Below, piece by piece: positions 48,781 to 59,400 of a DNA stretch of 64,000 bases. A program made the position numbers and the translations under genes. Under the pieces are notes generated by a model that saw only the letters and a program-made list of their open reading frames with translations, was not told the DNA's origin and did no database searches. Position 1 is the stretch's first letter. Every line of letters begins with the position of its first letter. The stretch lies in assembly GCA_947501605.1 (NCBI GenBank), contig CANMWZ010000001.1, positions 288,001-352,000 of the forward strand, given 5' to 3'. The stretch comes from Planctomycetota bacterium. Lineage in GTDB: Bacteria > Planctomycetota > UBA1135 > UBA2386.

Positions 48781-50373
48781 TCAGGATCCGGCGATGCGGA
48801 GTGCGAGCTTGGCCTCTTCGCCCATGCGGCCCTTGTGGCGCTGGGCAATGTGCAGCAGCAAGTCCTGACCGAAACGACGTTCGGCACCCACGGTCTGTGA
48901 GAAGTAGCTCGCTAGCTTGAGTTGCTGCTCGGGTGGCAGAGTCGTGTCCTTCTTGACGCGCTCGAACAGCGGAAACCCATCGCGGAGCAGCACCGTGAAG
49001 AAGCCCATCGCGGCGTTGCCTGGCGCGGCACCGTCGCCCCCGGGCCGGACCGTGTCCTGCATCAGCCTCGTGACGGCGAGTTGGTAGTGACCTTCGACGT
49101 CCAGCATGTCCTTGGCCGCAAGGCGCGCAAGCACATGGAGAGCCTCAGGGAATCGACGCGCCTTGCGCCAACGGAGGGCGCGATCCAGCAGGAATGGCAC
49201 CAGCTTCTGGCCACCCGCTGCGAGTGCGACGTCTTGCAGATGGTCGGCGACCAGCGCCTTCTGCGACAGCAGCTTGGTCGCTCGTTCGGCAATCGACTTG
49301 GCGAGCTTCGGTTGGATGTGCGCGGCCAGTCGGACCAGCAGACCGCTCAGGGCCGAGGCCTCGACCGGATCCCTTGCGAGTTGCAACTGACGCAGCAGCG
49401 GCTCGACCGCCAGCTTGCTCGACGACAGCAACTCCTCCGCCGCGGCGCGGAACCGCGAATCCTCATGGTCGCGCAGCTTGAGCGCCACCTTGACGGTCTC
49501 TGCCGACGCGTGGCCGCGCAACGCGCGCAGGGCAAACAGTCGCTGCTCGACGTTGCGCGAGGCGAGCATCTTCTCGAGCGGCGCATCGAGGCCATCGGGC
49601 CAGACCGACATCGATGCCAGCACGTCGCGAACGGCATCGTGTACTGGCTGCTGCGCTGTGTCCTCCAACTGGGCAAGGAACGCCTTCACTTGAACGACGG
49701 TGAGCTCTTGGCCTCGAAGTGCCGCGAGCGCCGCGAGGCGGATCGGCAACGCCGACTTGTCGCCCACGTGGTGCAGCAACATCGTCTTGGCGCCGCCAGC
49801 ATCGATCACCGCCAACACGCCGATGACACTCGCTACGGCGGCGTCCGGCATCGGCTCCTTCATTGCCGCGAGGAGCCCCTCGCGCAAGGACTTGCGCACC
49901 GGCTCGGTCATCGTTGGAGCCGCATCCAGCACGAGTTTCGCGACCTGGGCGCTGAGCTCCGGCGCCGCCATCGCCCGAACAAAGGCCTGCACCGTGTCCT
50001 TGGTCAACAGGCGGGCCAGCACCTGCAACAGCCGAAGGCGCCGATCTGCCGGAGCCGCGTCGACCGCTTCGACGATCGCTGGATGCGACGCGACGCCGGA
50101 TTCGCCAAGGAGGTGCGATGCCTGATCGACCAACCCCTCGTGTTCCACCAGCGAGCGGACCACCACGCGCAGTGCTTCGGCGGTGCCGATGCGGGCCAAG
50201 GCCTCAATCGCAAAGCGCGCCAACACATGCGAGCGCGCGGTCGCAGCGCTCAAGGACTTCACCGCCGCAGGCTCCTTGATGCCGAGTTCGCCGAGAATCT
50301 GAGCTGCAGCGACCTGCAACTCCGGGCGACCCGTATCCAAGATGCTGACGATTGCCTTTACGGTATCGTTCAT
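48781..50373 (-). CDS. HEAT-repeat protein
   Basis: LQVAAAQILGEL and FAIEALARIG-type HEAT repeats; all-helical sequence. Confidence 0.8.
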   Translation of the reverse strand: MNDTVKAIVSILDTGRPELQVAAAQILGELGIKEPAAVKSLSAATARSHVLARFAIEALARIGTAEALRVVVRSLVEHEGLVDQASHLLGESGVASHPAIVEAVDAAPADRRLRLLQVLARLLTKDTVQAFVRAMAAPELSAQVAKLVLDAAPTMTEPVRKSLREGLLAAMKEPMPDAAVASVIGVLAVIDAGGAKTMLLHHVGDKSALPIRLAALAALRGQELTVVQVKAFLAQLEDTAQQPVHDAVRDVLASMSVWPDGLDAPLEKMLASRNVEQRLFALRALRGHASAETVKVALKLRDHEDSRFRAAAEELLSSSKLAVEPLLRQLQLARDPVEASALSGLLVRLAAHIQPKLAKSIAERATKLLSQKALVADHLQDVALAAGGQKLVPFLLDRALRWRKARRFPEALHVLARLAAKDMLDVEGHYQLAVTRLMQDTVRPGGDGAAPGNAAMGFFTVLLRDGFPLFERVKKDTTLPPEQQLKLASYFSQTVGAERRFGQDLLLHIAQRHKGRMGEEAKLALRIAGS

Positions 50374-50445
50374 ATGCAGTGACCTCAGCTCATTGCACTC
50401 TCCCCACCCACCCGGGCACGGACGGAGGAGGTCGAGGGCGGGGGG

Positions 50446-50474
50446 ATTATGACAAAGGCCAGCGACCACGCCAA
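50446..50474 (-). promoter_or_regulatory. Putative sigma-70 promoter of the HEAT-repeat gene
   Basis: Minus strand TTGGCG-17 nt-CATAAT. Confidence 0.5.
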
Positions 50475-50646
50475 GGACGTGTCCACGGTCCGCGAAGAAA
50501 GCCTGATCCGGCGATGTAGCCTCGTGGTCGCCGAACGGAAAACCAGATACGAGCTTGGGTAACCGTCAGCGAAGCCAGTGTGGAGCGATTGCGAAGGGCG
50601 GCCGCGGCATTGCGGGGAAAGCCCGCCCGCCTACGCTCTCCGGCCC

Positions 50647-51834
50647 TTGCGCCTGCTGATCGTCGCCCCCTTCCTCCCTGACCCGAGCGCCGCGCACGGC
50701 GGTGGGAGCTACGTCGGGACGCTGTGCGAAGCGCTGCAGCACCACGCCGAGCTGGGCTTGGTCGCGCACGTTCGGCCGGACGAAATGGTCCATCTCCGCA
50801 CCAGAACCTGGCCCTACCGCTACGTGGCGCCGGTCGAGGCCGGAGAGCGCCCGCGCGGCGCGCAGCGACTCGCACACCAGGCGCACATGCTGCTCCGGTG
50901 GGGCCTCCTTCGGCAACCGCTAGTCGCAGCGAAGAGCAACTCGCCCGGGATGCACTTTGCGGTGCGCAAGGCCGTAGCCGAGTTCGCACCCGATGCAGCC
51001 TTGTTGGAACTGGCGCAGTCGGCGCAGTTCCTGCCCGACCTCGGCAACCTGCCGACGATTCTGACTGACCACGAGGCCGGTGTGCCCGCCAACACCCGCA
51101 CCGACCTCGGGGCATGGGCCGATCAACGCGACCGCCGACTCTGGCGCGGCTACGTGCAGCGCTACTACCCCCGCGCCAGCCTGCTCCAGGCGGTCACCGA
51201 AGAGGACGCTCGCGAACTCGCCGCCATGCTCGGCCGCGCCGTCGAAGTCCGCCCGCCGGTGGTCCAGGTGCCCGAGCACCCGGTAGCCCGACTCGGCACT
51301 CCACCGCGAGTGCTGTTTTTTGGTAGCTACCGCCACGACCCCAATCCGGAAGCTGCAGCCATCGTGGCACGCAAGATTCTGCCGCGCATCCGCGCCGTCC
51401 TGCCGACGGCGGAGCTCTGGTTGGCTGGTCCAGACAGCGATCGCATTGCCGTGCTCGCGGACTTGCCCGGCGTGTGCGTGGTCGGCTTCCAACCCGACCT
51501 CAAGGCGATGCTCGCGCAGGTGCGACTGGTGCTGACACCGATGTACTCAGGCGGCGGCTTTCGCATGAAGTCGCTGTCGGCCCTCGCCCACGGAGTCCCC
51601 GTGGTGACGAACGCGCTCGGCGCACGGGGGTTGCGCGTGCCGATGCCGGCGCGCGTGGTCGCCGAGAGCTACGACGACCTCGCGGCGGCAGCCGTGGCGC
51701 TGCTGCGCGACGAGAACGCCGCGGCAGTCGCCGGCCGCGCCGCGCACGCCTTTGCGCAGCAGCACTTGGCGCCGGCCGCCGTCGCCAAGCTCCAGATCGA
51801 GCGCGTGCAAGCACTGCTCGCCGCGCGTCAGTGA
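50647..51834 (+). CDS. Glycosyltransferase family 4
   Basis: LFFGSYRHDPN and GGGFRMK...ALAHGVPVVT; start uncertain (TTG 50647 or GTG 50578). Confidence 0.88.
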   Translation: MRLLIVAPFLPDPSAAHGGGSYVGTLCEALQHHAELGLVAHVRPDEMVHLRTRTWPYRYVAPVEAGERPRGAQRLAHQAHMLLRWGLLRQPLVAAKSNSPGMHFAVRKAVAEFAPDAALLELAQSAQFLPDLGNLPTILTDHEAGVPANTRTDLGAWADQRDRRLWRGYVQRYYPRASLLQAVTEEDARELAAMLGRAVEVRPPVVQVPEHPVARLGTPPRVLFFGSYRHDPNPEAAAIVARKILPRIRAVLPTAELWLAGPDSDRIAVLADLPGVCVVGFQPDLKAMLAQVRLVLTPMYSGGGFRMKSLSALAHGVPVVTNALGARGLRVPMPARVVAESYDDLAAAAVALLRDENAAAVAGRAAHAFAQQHLAPAAVAKLQIERVQALLAARQ

Positions 51835-51865
51835 CTCCGGGGGAGATCGGTGCGCGCGGGCTTCG

Positions 51866-53704
51866 TCAGTTGCCGCCGCTACGGCCGGACGCGGGCTTGC
51901 TCGGTGCGGCGCCGCCGGCTCCACCGCTCGCGTCGCGCCGTGCACGACGTTCGCGCATGGCCTCGAGGTCGAGCAGCAGTTTGACCATCGTGTCGCCGCG
52001 TTGGACTTCGAGCTCCATGGTCTTGGCCTCGTCGCCGAGTTCGCGAGCGGCAGAGAACACCTCGTGCATGGCTTCGAGTTTCTGGCCGTTGGCCTTGGTC
52101 AACACGTCACCGACCTGGAGTCCCATTTTCGCGCCGCGGCCATCAGCCGTGATCTTGGTGAACTTGAAGCCGTCCATCTCGGCGTCGAAGAGCGCTTCGG
52201 CGTAGCTCCCGGCCTGACGACCGCTGCCACCGCGGATGATGCCGCTCCGGTCCAGCATTTCGGGCAGGTTTGCGGTGCCCAGAGCCGCGAGAGCGATCAC
52301 CGTCGCCGTGTGGCGCTGGTACTCCGGCACCGCCACCTCAAAGGTGTCCCACTGCGTGTGCCAACTGTAGGCAAAGTAGTTGGCGCGACCCTTCAAACCC
52401 CAGTTGAGGCCGGGGACGCCGGCAGAGAGGAAGGAGGCGTGATCACTGCCACCGCCACCGCTGATCGTCGGACTCTTGTTGAGCTCGAACACCGAACCAA
52501 CGTGACTCGGATCCGGCGAGGTGAGCGCGAACACCGGCTGGAACACGCGCAACATCGGCTCGTACATGGTCTCGGCCACCGTCATCGCCCCGGCCCAGTT
52601 GGTGCCACTGTCGTGATTGAACACGGCCGAGACGTGCTCCATCTCGACGCGGTGCATCTTGACGTAGCCGGCACTGCCGAGCAGGCCCTGCTCTTCGCCG
52701 CCCCAGAGGCAGAAGCGAATCGTGCGCACAGGCTTGGCCTTGACGGCCATCAGAATGCGCGCCGACTCCATCGTCGTCGCCGAGCCGGTGCCATTGTCGG
52801 TGCAACCTTGCGCCTGGTGCCAACTGTCGAGGTGCGAGCTGACGACGACCACCTCATCCGGCTTGTCGCTACCAGGAATCTCGGCGATCACGTTGTAGAG
52901 CGGGATGGGCCCCTCGCGGAACGTGTTCTCGATGTCGAAGTTGGCATGCACAGCCTGGGGCTGCTCGAGCAACTTCGCCAACTCGTCGGCTTGGTCTGGA
53001 CGAACCGCGATCTGCGGGATCGTCGGCACGCCGGCAAGTGGCAGCATGGCAGTGCGCGAATTGCCGAACACGCGCACCCGCGTCGGGAACTTCTCGTCCG
53101 CATCGCCAGCGCGGTAGACCCAGCCGAGGATGCCGAGCTGCTCACACGCCTCGCGCACATCTGCCGGCGGACGCTTCTTGTAGTAGAGCCACTTGCTGCC
53201 GACGGCTTCGCGGGTTGCGGCCTCGAGACTGTCAGGCGCTTTGACGATCACGCCTTCGCGCGGCCCGTTGGTACCTGCGGTCCACGCCTCGGTGGCGACG
53301 TACAGCTCCATCGGCACAGGGCTGGTGATCCGACCCTTCCACGCGCCGCGGTTCCAGACGAGGTTCCACTCGCCCCACTTCTCCAACTTGACCACCGGCA
53401 CGCCCATCGCGTGGAACTCGGTAGCGGCCCACGCACAGGCCTTGGTGAAGTTGTCGCTGCCCGTGAGCCGGTGACCGATCTTGCCGGTCATGTCGCGCAG
53501 GATGCGCGTCGCCTGGGAGTTGTCGATGCCTTGGTGGCGGATCTCGGCGACCGTCGCTTCGTCGAGCACGGCTTCGCGGATCAGGGTCTCTGGTTTGGCG
53601 GTGGACTCTGCTACCGGTGCCTCTGCTACCGGTGCCTGGGCGCCGAGCAGACCATGGAGACAGAGGACGAACGGGAACACGGACGGCGGCAAAAGTCGGA
53701 GCAT
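51866..53704 (-). CDS. Secreted M28 peptidase (carboxypeptidase Q-like) with C-terminal PDZ-like domain
   Basis: HRLTGS, SHLDSW, DNGTG, GEEQGLLGS, SDHASF and HTQWDT; GLQVGDVLTKANG. Confidence 0.9.
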   Translation of the reverse strand: MLRLLPPSVFPFVLCLHGLLGAQAPVAEAPVAESTAKPETLIREAVLDEATVAEIRHQGIDNSQATRILRDMTGKIGHRLTGSDNFTKACAWAATEFHAMGVPVVKLEKWGEWNLVWNRGAWKGRITSPVPMELYVATEAWTAGTNGPREGVIVKAPDSLEAATREAVGSKWLYYKKRPPADVREACEQLGILGWVYRAGDADEKFPTRVRVFGNSRTAMLPLAGVPTIPQIAVRPDQADELAKLLEQPQAVHANFDIENTFREGPIPLYNVIAEIPGSDKPDEVVVVSSHLDSWHQAQGCTDNGTGSATTMESARILMAVKAKPVRTIRFCLWGGEEQGLLGSAGYVKMHRVEMEHVSAVFNHDSGTNWAGAMTVAETMYEPMLRVFQPVFALTSPDPSHVGSVFELNKSPTISGGGGSDHASFLSAGVPGLNWGLKGRANYFAYSWHTQWDTFEVAVPEYQRHTATVIALAALGTANLPEMLDRSGIIRGGSGRQAGSYAEALFDAEMDGFKFTKITADGRGAKMGLQVGDVLTKANGQKLEAMHEVFSAARELGDEAKTMELEVQRGDTMVKLLLDLEAMRERRARRDASGGAGGAAPSKPASGRSGGN

Positions 53705-53771
53705 GGGTACCCGGCGGTTCTTGGTGGAAACCGCACGAATACGGAACGGAGGCGCCGCGTGGTAGTACGGA

Positions 53772-55088
53772 CTAGAGGTACGGCTTCAGCGCCTCGTACA
53801 TCTCGAAGTCCGAGGGGCCCAGGTCGAAGCTGGTGAAGCCGCGCCGCAGGTATTCGGCAAAGTAGGCCTGCAACTCGCTCGCCGACCGCGCATTGCCATT
53901 GTCGCCAAACTTGGTCACGAACGGCGTGAAGTGTGGATAGAGCGCATCCGTCCCTTGTTTGCCCCACCAGTCGCCATGCAGCGTGGTGCGAACGAAGTTG
54001 CCGATCAGCAGGTCGTCGAATGCACTCCACTCGACGGCATTGCGCAACGAATTGCGCGGCACTGCGAACGTCACGCCGCGCCGAATGCCCGGTGCGATGT
54101 CGATGGTGTGATCCTGCCCACCGACCCGAAACGTGACGAAGCCAATGTGCGACTTGAGGTGCTCGAAGCGCCCAAAGTACTCACGCAACAACTCGAAGTC
54201 CCCCGCTTGCATCGGTGCGCTCCAATCGTCGCCGAACGCCTCGGGCGGCGCCGTGATCCCCGCATTGGACTTGGGCTCAATCCGCGTGAAGTCGTCTCGC
54301 GCGAGGTCGTAGCGAATGAAGGCTGGCAGGCATCGAGCAACGTTCGACTCGAACCCTCTGCCATACTCGTCCTCCGGCGTGGCGCACTCGTTGGCCCACA
54401 TGCTGTCGGTGCGTTGATAGCGATGTTGGCTCGACGAGGGCAGGTAGTTCTTGATGCCATAGGCGTGCAACACCTCGGCAACCTGTGGCCCGACTGGCAG
54501 ATGCTGCATCGCACGCGGCGGAATGCGATCTCCTTGCTCGTCGAAGAAGTTGATCATGTCGGCATCGCCATAGCCGAGCAAACAGGCGAGGAAGGTCTGC
54601 TTGTGGAAGCGCGGCATCTCGCGCATCAAGAAGTGGCGGGCGCCGCGATCACCGGCATCGTTGGCGTCGACGATCAGATTGCCGTCCAGCTCGACGAGCA
54701 GCACGGCGTCCTGGTTGTAGTTGGCGATGCATGCAACCCGCAGGCGTGGCGACAACTGCGTCCACTCGCCGTCCTTCAGCACACGAACGTTGAAGCCAAG
54801 CCCGCGAAGGTCGCTAGCAACGCGCCCGCCGTGGTGGTCAGCGAGCAGGATCTCCTTGTCGCGCAGCGTCTCCAACGACGGCAGGCTCAGGTGGTCAGGA
54901 TGACCGTGGCTGATCCACAGGAATTGGCAGTGCGCCACGTTTTGCCGCTGCTCGGCCGGAACTTCGTGCGACAGCATCCACGAACCGAAGTAGGCCGACC
55001 CGAACAACCACGGGTCCGTCGCCAGCACAGGGCCACCATCGTGGAAGATGAGGCAGGCGTTACCGATCGTCTCGAAGCCTAGGTCCAT
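53772..55088 (-). CDS. Metallo-beta-lactamase-fold hydrolase (UlaG/CMAH-like)
   Basis: TDPWL.GSAYFGSW and ISHGHPDHL (HxHxDH). Confidence 0.85.
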   Translation of the reverse strand: MDLGFETIGNACLIFHDGGPVLATDPWLFGSAYFGSWMLSHEVPAEQRQNVAHCQFLWISHGHPDHLSLPSLETLRDKEILLADHHGGRVASDLRGLGFNVRVLKDGEWTQLSPRLRVACIANYNQDAVLLVELDGNLIVDANDAGDRGARHFLMREMPRFHKQTFLACLLGYGDADMINFFDEQGDRIPPRAMQHLPVGPQVAEVLHAYGIKNYLPSSSQHRYQRTDSMWANECATPEDEYGRGFESNVARCLPAFIRYDLARDDFTRIEPKSNAGITAPPEAFGDDWSAPMQAGDFELLREYFGRFEHLKSHIGFVTFRVGGQDHTIDIAPGIRRGVTFAVPRNSLRNAVEWSAFDDLLIGNFVRTTLHGDWWGKQGTDALYPHFTPFVTKFGDNGNARSASELQAYFAEYLRRGFTSFDLGPSDFEMYEALKPYL

Positions 55089-55282
55089 GCAGGACGTGTG
55101 TATCGGCAGGATCCGGCCGCGGGAATGGTGCGGAGAGCGGGATTGCCAGGTGGCTTGATTCCCCAGCTTCGTGCTGCGCTGCGCCGCGAACGGCACGGAC
55201 CGATCGGACCGGCGACTGGCGCCTCGCGCCAGCAACCCCACGGCGGCGACCGGGCAACGCGCGCGTTCGCCGCCGCGCGGCG

Positions 55283-56377
55283 CTACTTCGCCTTCGCCAG
55301 CGCCAGGACCAACTGTTCGGCAACCGCCGTCGCCGCGTCACCGTCGTGGCCGCGATAGCGAACCTTGCCTTCGGCATCGAGGACCACGATCGTCGGCCAA
55401 CCACTGACCGCCCAGTCGGCGGAGATCTCCGGTTTGCCTTCGCGCTTGTTCTGGAAGCTCCGCCAGTTCAGCTGGTTTTCGGCAATCGCCTGCTTCGCCT
55501 TCGCTGGTGTGTCACTGTTGACCCCGATCAGAGCGAACGGCTTGTCCTTCATGCGTTCCACGAGCGACCGCTCGTGCGGGTACAGTTCCCGGCAAGGACC
55601 TCACCAATCGCCCCAGAAGTCGACGAACACGACCTTGCCGCGGTAGTCGCTGAGCTTGAACGCGACGCCGTCGAGATCGGAGCCTTCGATCTCGGGCGCC
55701 GTGACCCCGATCGCGAAGTGCTCCTTCTCCACCAGTGTGGCTTGGATCCTGCTCTGCAAGCGCGGGTCGCCACTCGACGCCGCGGCCTTGGTGAGCGCTG
55801 CCTTGGCGCTCTGGAACTCCGGCGACTTCGCGTCCGCGGTCTCGAGTGTCGGGCCATGCTTGGCGTAGACGACCCAGCCGAGCACCCCGGGATCGACCGC
55901 GTCGCGTTCGAGCGCGGTCAGAAACTCGGTGGCCTTCCTCGCGCCCGCCAGTTGTGGCAGGTAGGCGAGCGACGGGCTGAGTTCCGCGAGCACCGCACTC
56001 TTCACGTGGTACTGCCGCAGCAGATCGAGGATCTCGCCGTACTCCGCCTCGCCCTTGCTGGTCCGGAAGGCGAACACGAGCAGCGAACACTGCTCATCGC
56101 CCACGTAGTCCTTGGCGGCTGCGAGGGTCGTGCTGCGGAGTGCCCCGAAATCGGGCTCCATCGACATCGCCGGAATTGGCGTGCCGCTCGCTGCCGCCGT
56201 CTCGGCGGCCTTCTGGGCTGCGACCGCGGCCTGCCGCCACGCCGCAACGATGCGCTGCTGTTCCTTCTGCAGCTCGACGAGGCGAGTCTTGATGTCGGGT
56301 TTGCTCACGGGGGCGTCTTGCGCCGCAAGCGAACCGAGCAAGACCGCGGCGCCAAGCCATGCGGGGATTGGGTTCAT
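55283..56377 (-). CDS. Secreted TlpA/redoxin-family oxidoreductase, putative selenoprotein (UGA at 55601-55603, UxxC)
   Basis: APEIEGSDLDG..FKLSDYRGKVVFVDFWGDW-TGA-GPCRELYPHERSLV...WPTIVVLDAEGKVRY reads as one continuous frame; SECIS-like hairpin downstream. Confidence 0.88.
55559..55576 (-). promoter_or_regulatory. Bacterial SECIS-like hairpin
   Basis: CACGAGC-GGUC-GCUCGUG, a perfect 7-bp stem whose G-initiated loop begins 31 nt after the UGA. Confidence 0.7.
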
Positions 56378-56466
56378 GGTGCCCAGCATCTGGCATGCCG
56401 ACGGCGACAGCAAGCGGGCTGACGGACGGTCGCTATGCTCGACCGCTTCCCACTCGGCGGCGGATC

Positions 56467-59400
56467 GTGCCTCTCTCCAACTTCCACCCCACAATCCAGC
56501 GCTGGTTCGGGCTCGAGCTCGGCAAGCCCTCACCGCCGCAGCGAGAGGGGTGGCCGGCCATCGCCCGCGGCGACCACGTGCTCCTCGCTGCGCCCACGGG
56601 CTCGGGCAAGACGCTGGCGGCCTTCCTGTGCGCGCTCGACCAGCTGCTCAAGCTTGGCCCAGCGCTCACGACCGCGACACACGTCGTCTACGTCTCGCCT
56701 CTGAAGGCGCTGTCGAACGATGTGCAGAAGAACCTGCAAGCCCCACTCGCAGCCCTGCGGGCGCTCGACCCTTCGCTGCCCGAGCTCTCGGTGCAAGTGC
56801 GGACGGGCGACACTCCGGCACGAGAACGGGCAGCCATGCTGCGCACACCACCGCACATCCTTGTCACCACACCCGAGTCGCTCTACCTCCTGCTGACCAC
56901 GGCGCGCGGACGGCAGCAACTGGCAACCGTCCGCACCCTGATCGTTGACGAGATCCACGCGCTCGCGCGCGACAAGCGCGGCAGCCACTTCGCCCTGTCG
57001 GCCGAACGACTCGACCGGCTCGTGCAGCAGCACGGCGGTCGCCTGCAGCGCATCGGGCTGTCGGCGACGCAGCGCCCCATCGCCGCGACCGCGGCGTTGC
57101 TGTGCGGGACCGACCGAGCCTGCACGATCGTCGATGCCGGACACCGACGCGAGCTCGACTTGGCGCTCGAACTGCCCTCGGCGCCACTGGACACCGTTTG
57201 CTCCACCGAGACGTGGAACGAGATCTTCGCGCGCACCACCGAACTCATCCTGCAACACCGCACGACGCTGGTGTTTGCCAATACGCGCAAGATGACCGAG
57301 CGCATTGCCGCGCGCCTCGCGGAGCGCCTAGGCAAGGAGCACGTCACCAGTCACCACGGCTCGCTGTCCAAGCAGCGGCGCCTGGATGCGGAGCAACGGC
57401 TGAAGCGCGGCGAGCTCAAGGCTCTGGTCGCCACGGCTTCGCTCGAACTCGGCATCGACATCGGTGAGGTCGATTTGGTGATTCAGATCGGGCCAACGCC
57501 ATCGATCGCCACGTTCTTGCAGCGCGTCGGCCGGGCGGGTCACGGCCTGCACCGCACACCCAAGGGCCGCATCGTGCCCCTGACGCGCGACGAGCTCGCC
57601 GCGGCGAGTGCGCTGTTGCTCGCCGTGCGCCGTGGCGACCTCGACCGCACTGTGCAACCGGTCGCACCGCTCGACATCCTGGCACAGCAGATCGTCGCCG
57701 TGTGCTGCGACGAGGCGCTCCCTGAAGACGACCTGTTCGCGTTGGTCCGCGGCGCGCACCCGTTCCGCAACCTCGAGCGCGCCCGCTTCGATGCCGTCCT
57801 GGCAATGCACGCGGGTTCGCGCAGCGCCTTGCTGCATCGCGACCCGATCCATCGCATCGTGCGGGCGACCAAACGCGCACGCCTGTGCGCTGTGACCTGC
57901 GGCGGCGCGATCCCGGATGTCGCCGACTACCGCGTCGTGCTCGATCACGACGACAGCCTCGTGGGCACCGTCAACGAGGACTTCGCCATCGAGTCGTCGA
58001 TCGGTGACGTCTTCCAACTCGGCAACACCAGTTGGCAAGTCGTCCGCATCGGCCAAGGCATCTTGCGGGTTCGCGATGCCCACGGCGTACCGCCGAGCTT
58101 GCCGTTCTGGCTCGGCGAGGCCCCGTCGCGCAGCCACGAACTCGCCGCCGCACTCAGTGACGTTCGCACGCACGGCGAGGACTCATCGTGGCTGATGCAG
58201 CACTGCGGCATCGGCGGCGACGCCGCCGAACAACTGTCGACCTGGCTGCAAGATGGCAAGCGCGCGTTGTCGGCGATGCCCTCGCACGAGTGCCTTGTGC
58301 TCGAGCGGTTCTTCGACGAGTCCGGTGGCCAACAACTGGTGGTGCACTCGCCGTTTGGTGCGCGGCTGAATCGCGCCTTCGGCCTCGCACTGCGCAAGCG
58401 CTTCTGCGTCGGCTTCGGCTTCGAACTGCAGGCCGCCGCCAACGACGAGGCCATCGTTATCTCCCTCGGCCCGGTCCACAGTTTTCCGTTGGCCGATGTC
58501 TTCTCCTACCTGCATCCGAACTCGGCCCGCGACGTGCTCACGCAAGCACTGCTGCCGGCGCCGATGTTTCAGACCCGCTGGCGCTGGAATGTCACCCGGT
58601 CCTTGTTGGTCGAACGTTGCCGTTCAGGGCAGCGCGTGCCAGCGCCGCTGCTGCGCTTCCGCGCCGACGATGCGCTCGTCGCCGCATTCCCGGCTGCGCA
58701 GGCGTGCCCCGAGACTCTGCCCCCTGGGCCGATCGATGTCCCCCTCGAACATCCGCTGGTCCTGCAGACCATCTCGGACTGCCTTCACGAAGCAATGGAC
58801 GTAGATGGCCTTCTCGGTCTGCTCGAACGGATCCGCCGCGGTGCGATCGGTCTCGTCGCCGTCGACACCAACACGCCGTCGCCATTCGCTCAAGGCATCC
58901 TGCACGCGATGCCCTATGCGTTTCTCGACGACGCGCCGCTCGAAGAGCGCCGCACCCAAGCCGCCATCACTGCGCAGCGAGGCGCTCGGCCAGCGGCCGC
59001 AGCCGACCACGACCTCGACCCGCACGCTCTGGGGCTGGTCCAAGACGAAGCCTGGCCCGACCCTTGCTCGCCGGAGGAACTGCACGAAGCACTCGGCTGG
59101 ATGGGTTGGCTCGAGAACGACGAGCTACGCCCGGAGTGGCGCCCGTTCCTCGAGACGCTGATTGGTGACGGTCGCGCCGTTGCCGAAGGCATGCGCTGGT
59201 TTGCCGCCGGACAGTCGCGCGAAGCCAAGGTCCTCTGGGAGGGGCGCCTGCAAGCTGTGATCCCGGTGTTCGTCGATGAACTAGCCGACGATGACCGCAC
59301 GGCGTTGTTGCACCTGGAAAGCGCGGGCTCGGCGATGCGCGCGCGCGCGTTTGGCCGCGAGATCTTCTGCCATCGCCGGCTGCTCGCCCGAGTCCGGCGC

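Noticed and set aside
50462..50531. 9-bp inverted repeat GCGACCACG/CGTGGTCGC in a divergent intergenic region as an ncRNA
   Set aside because: Only one convincing stem, overlapping a likely promoter, and no recognisable RNA motif.
55601..55603. TGA as a simple nonsense mutation (pseudogene)
   Set aside because: Its exact position at the redox Cys, the intact downstream frame and the SECIS-like hairpin favour Sec recoding.
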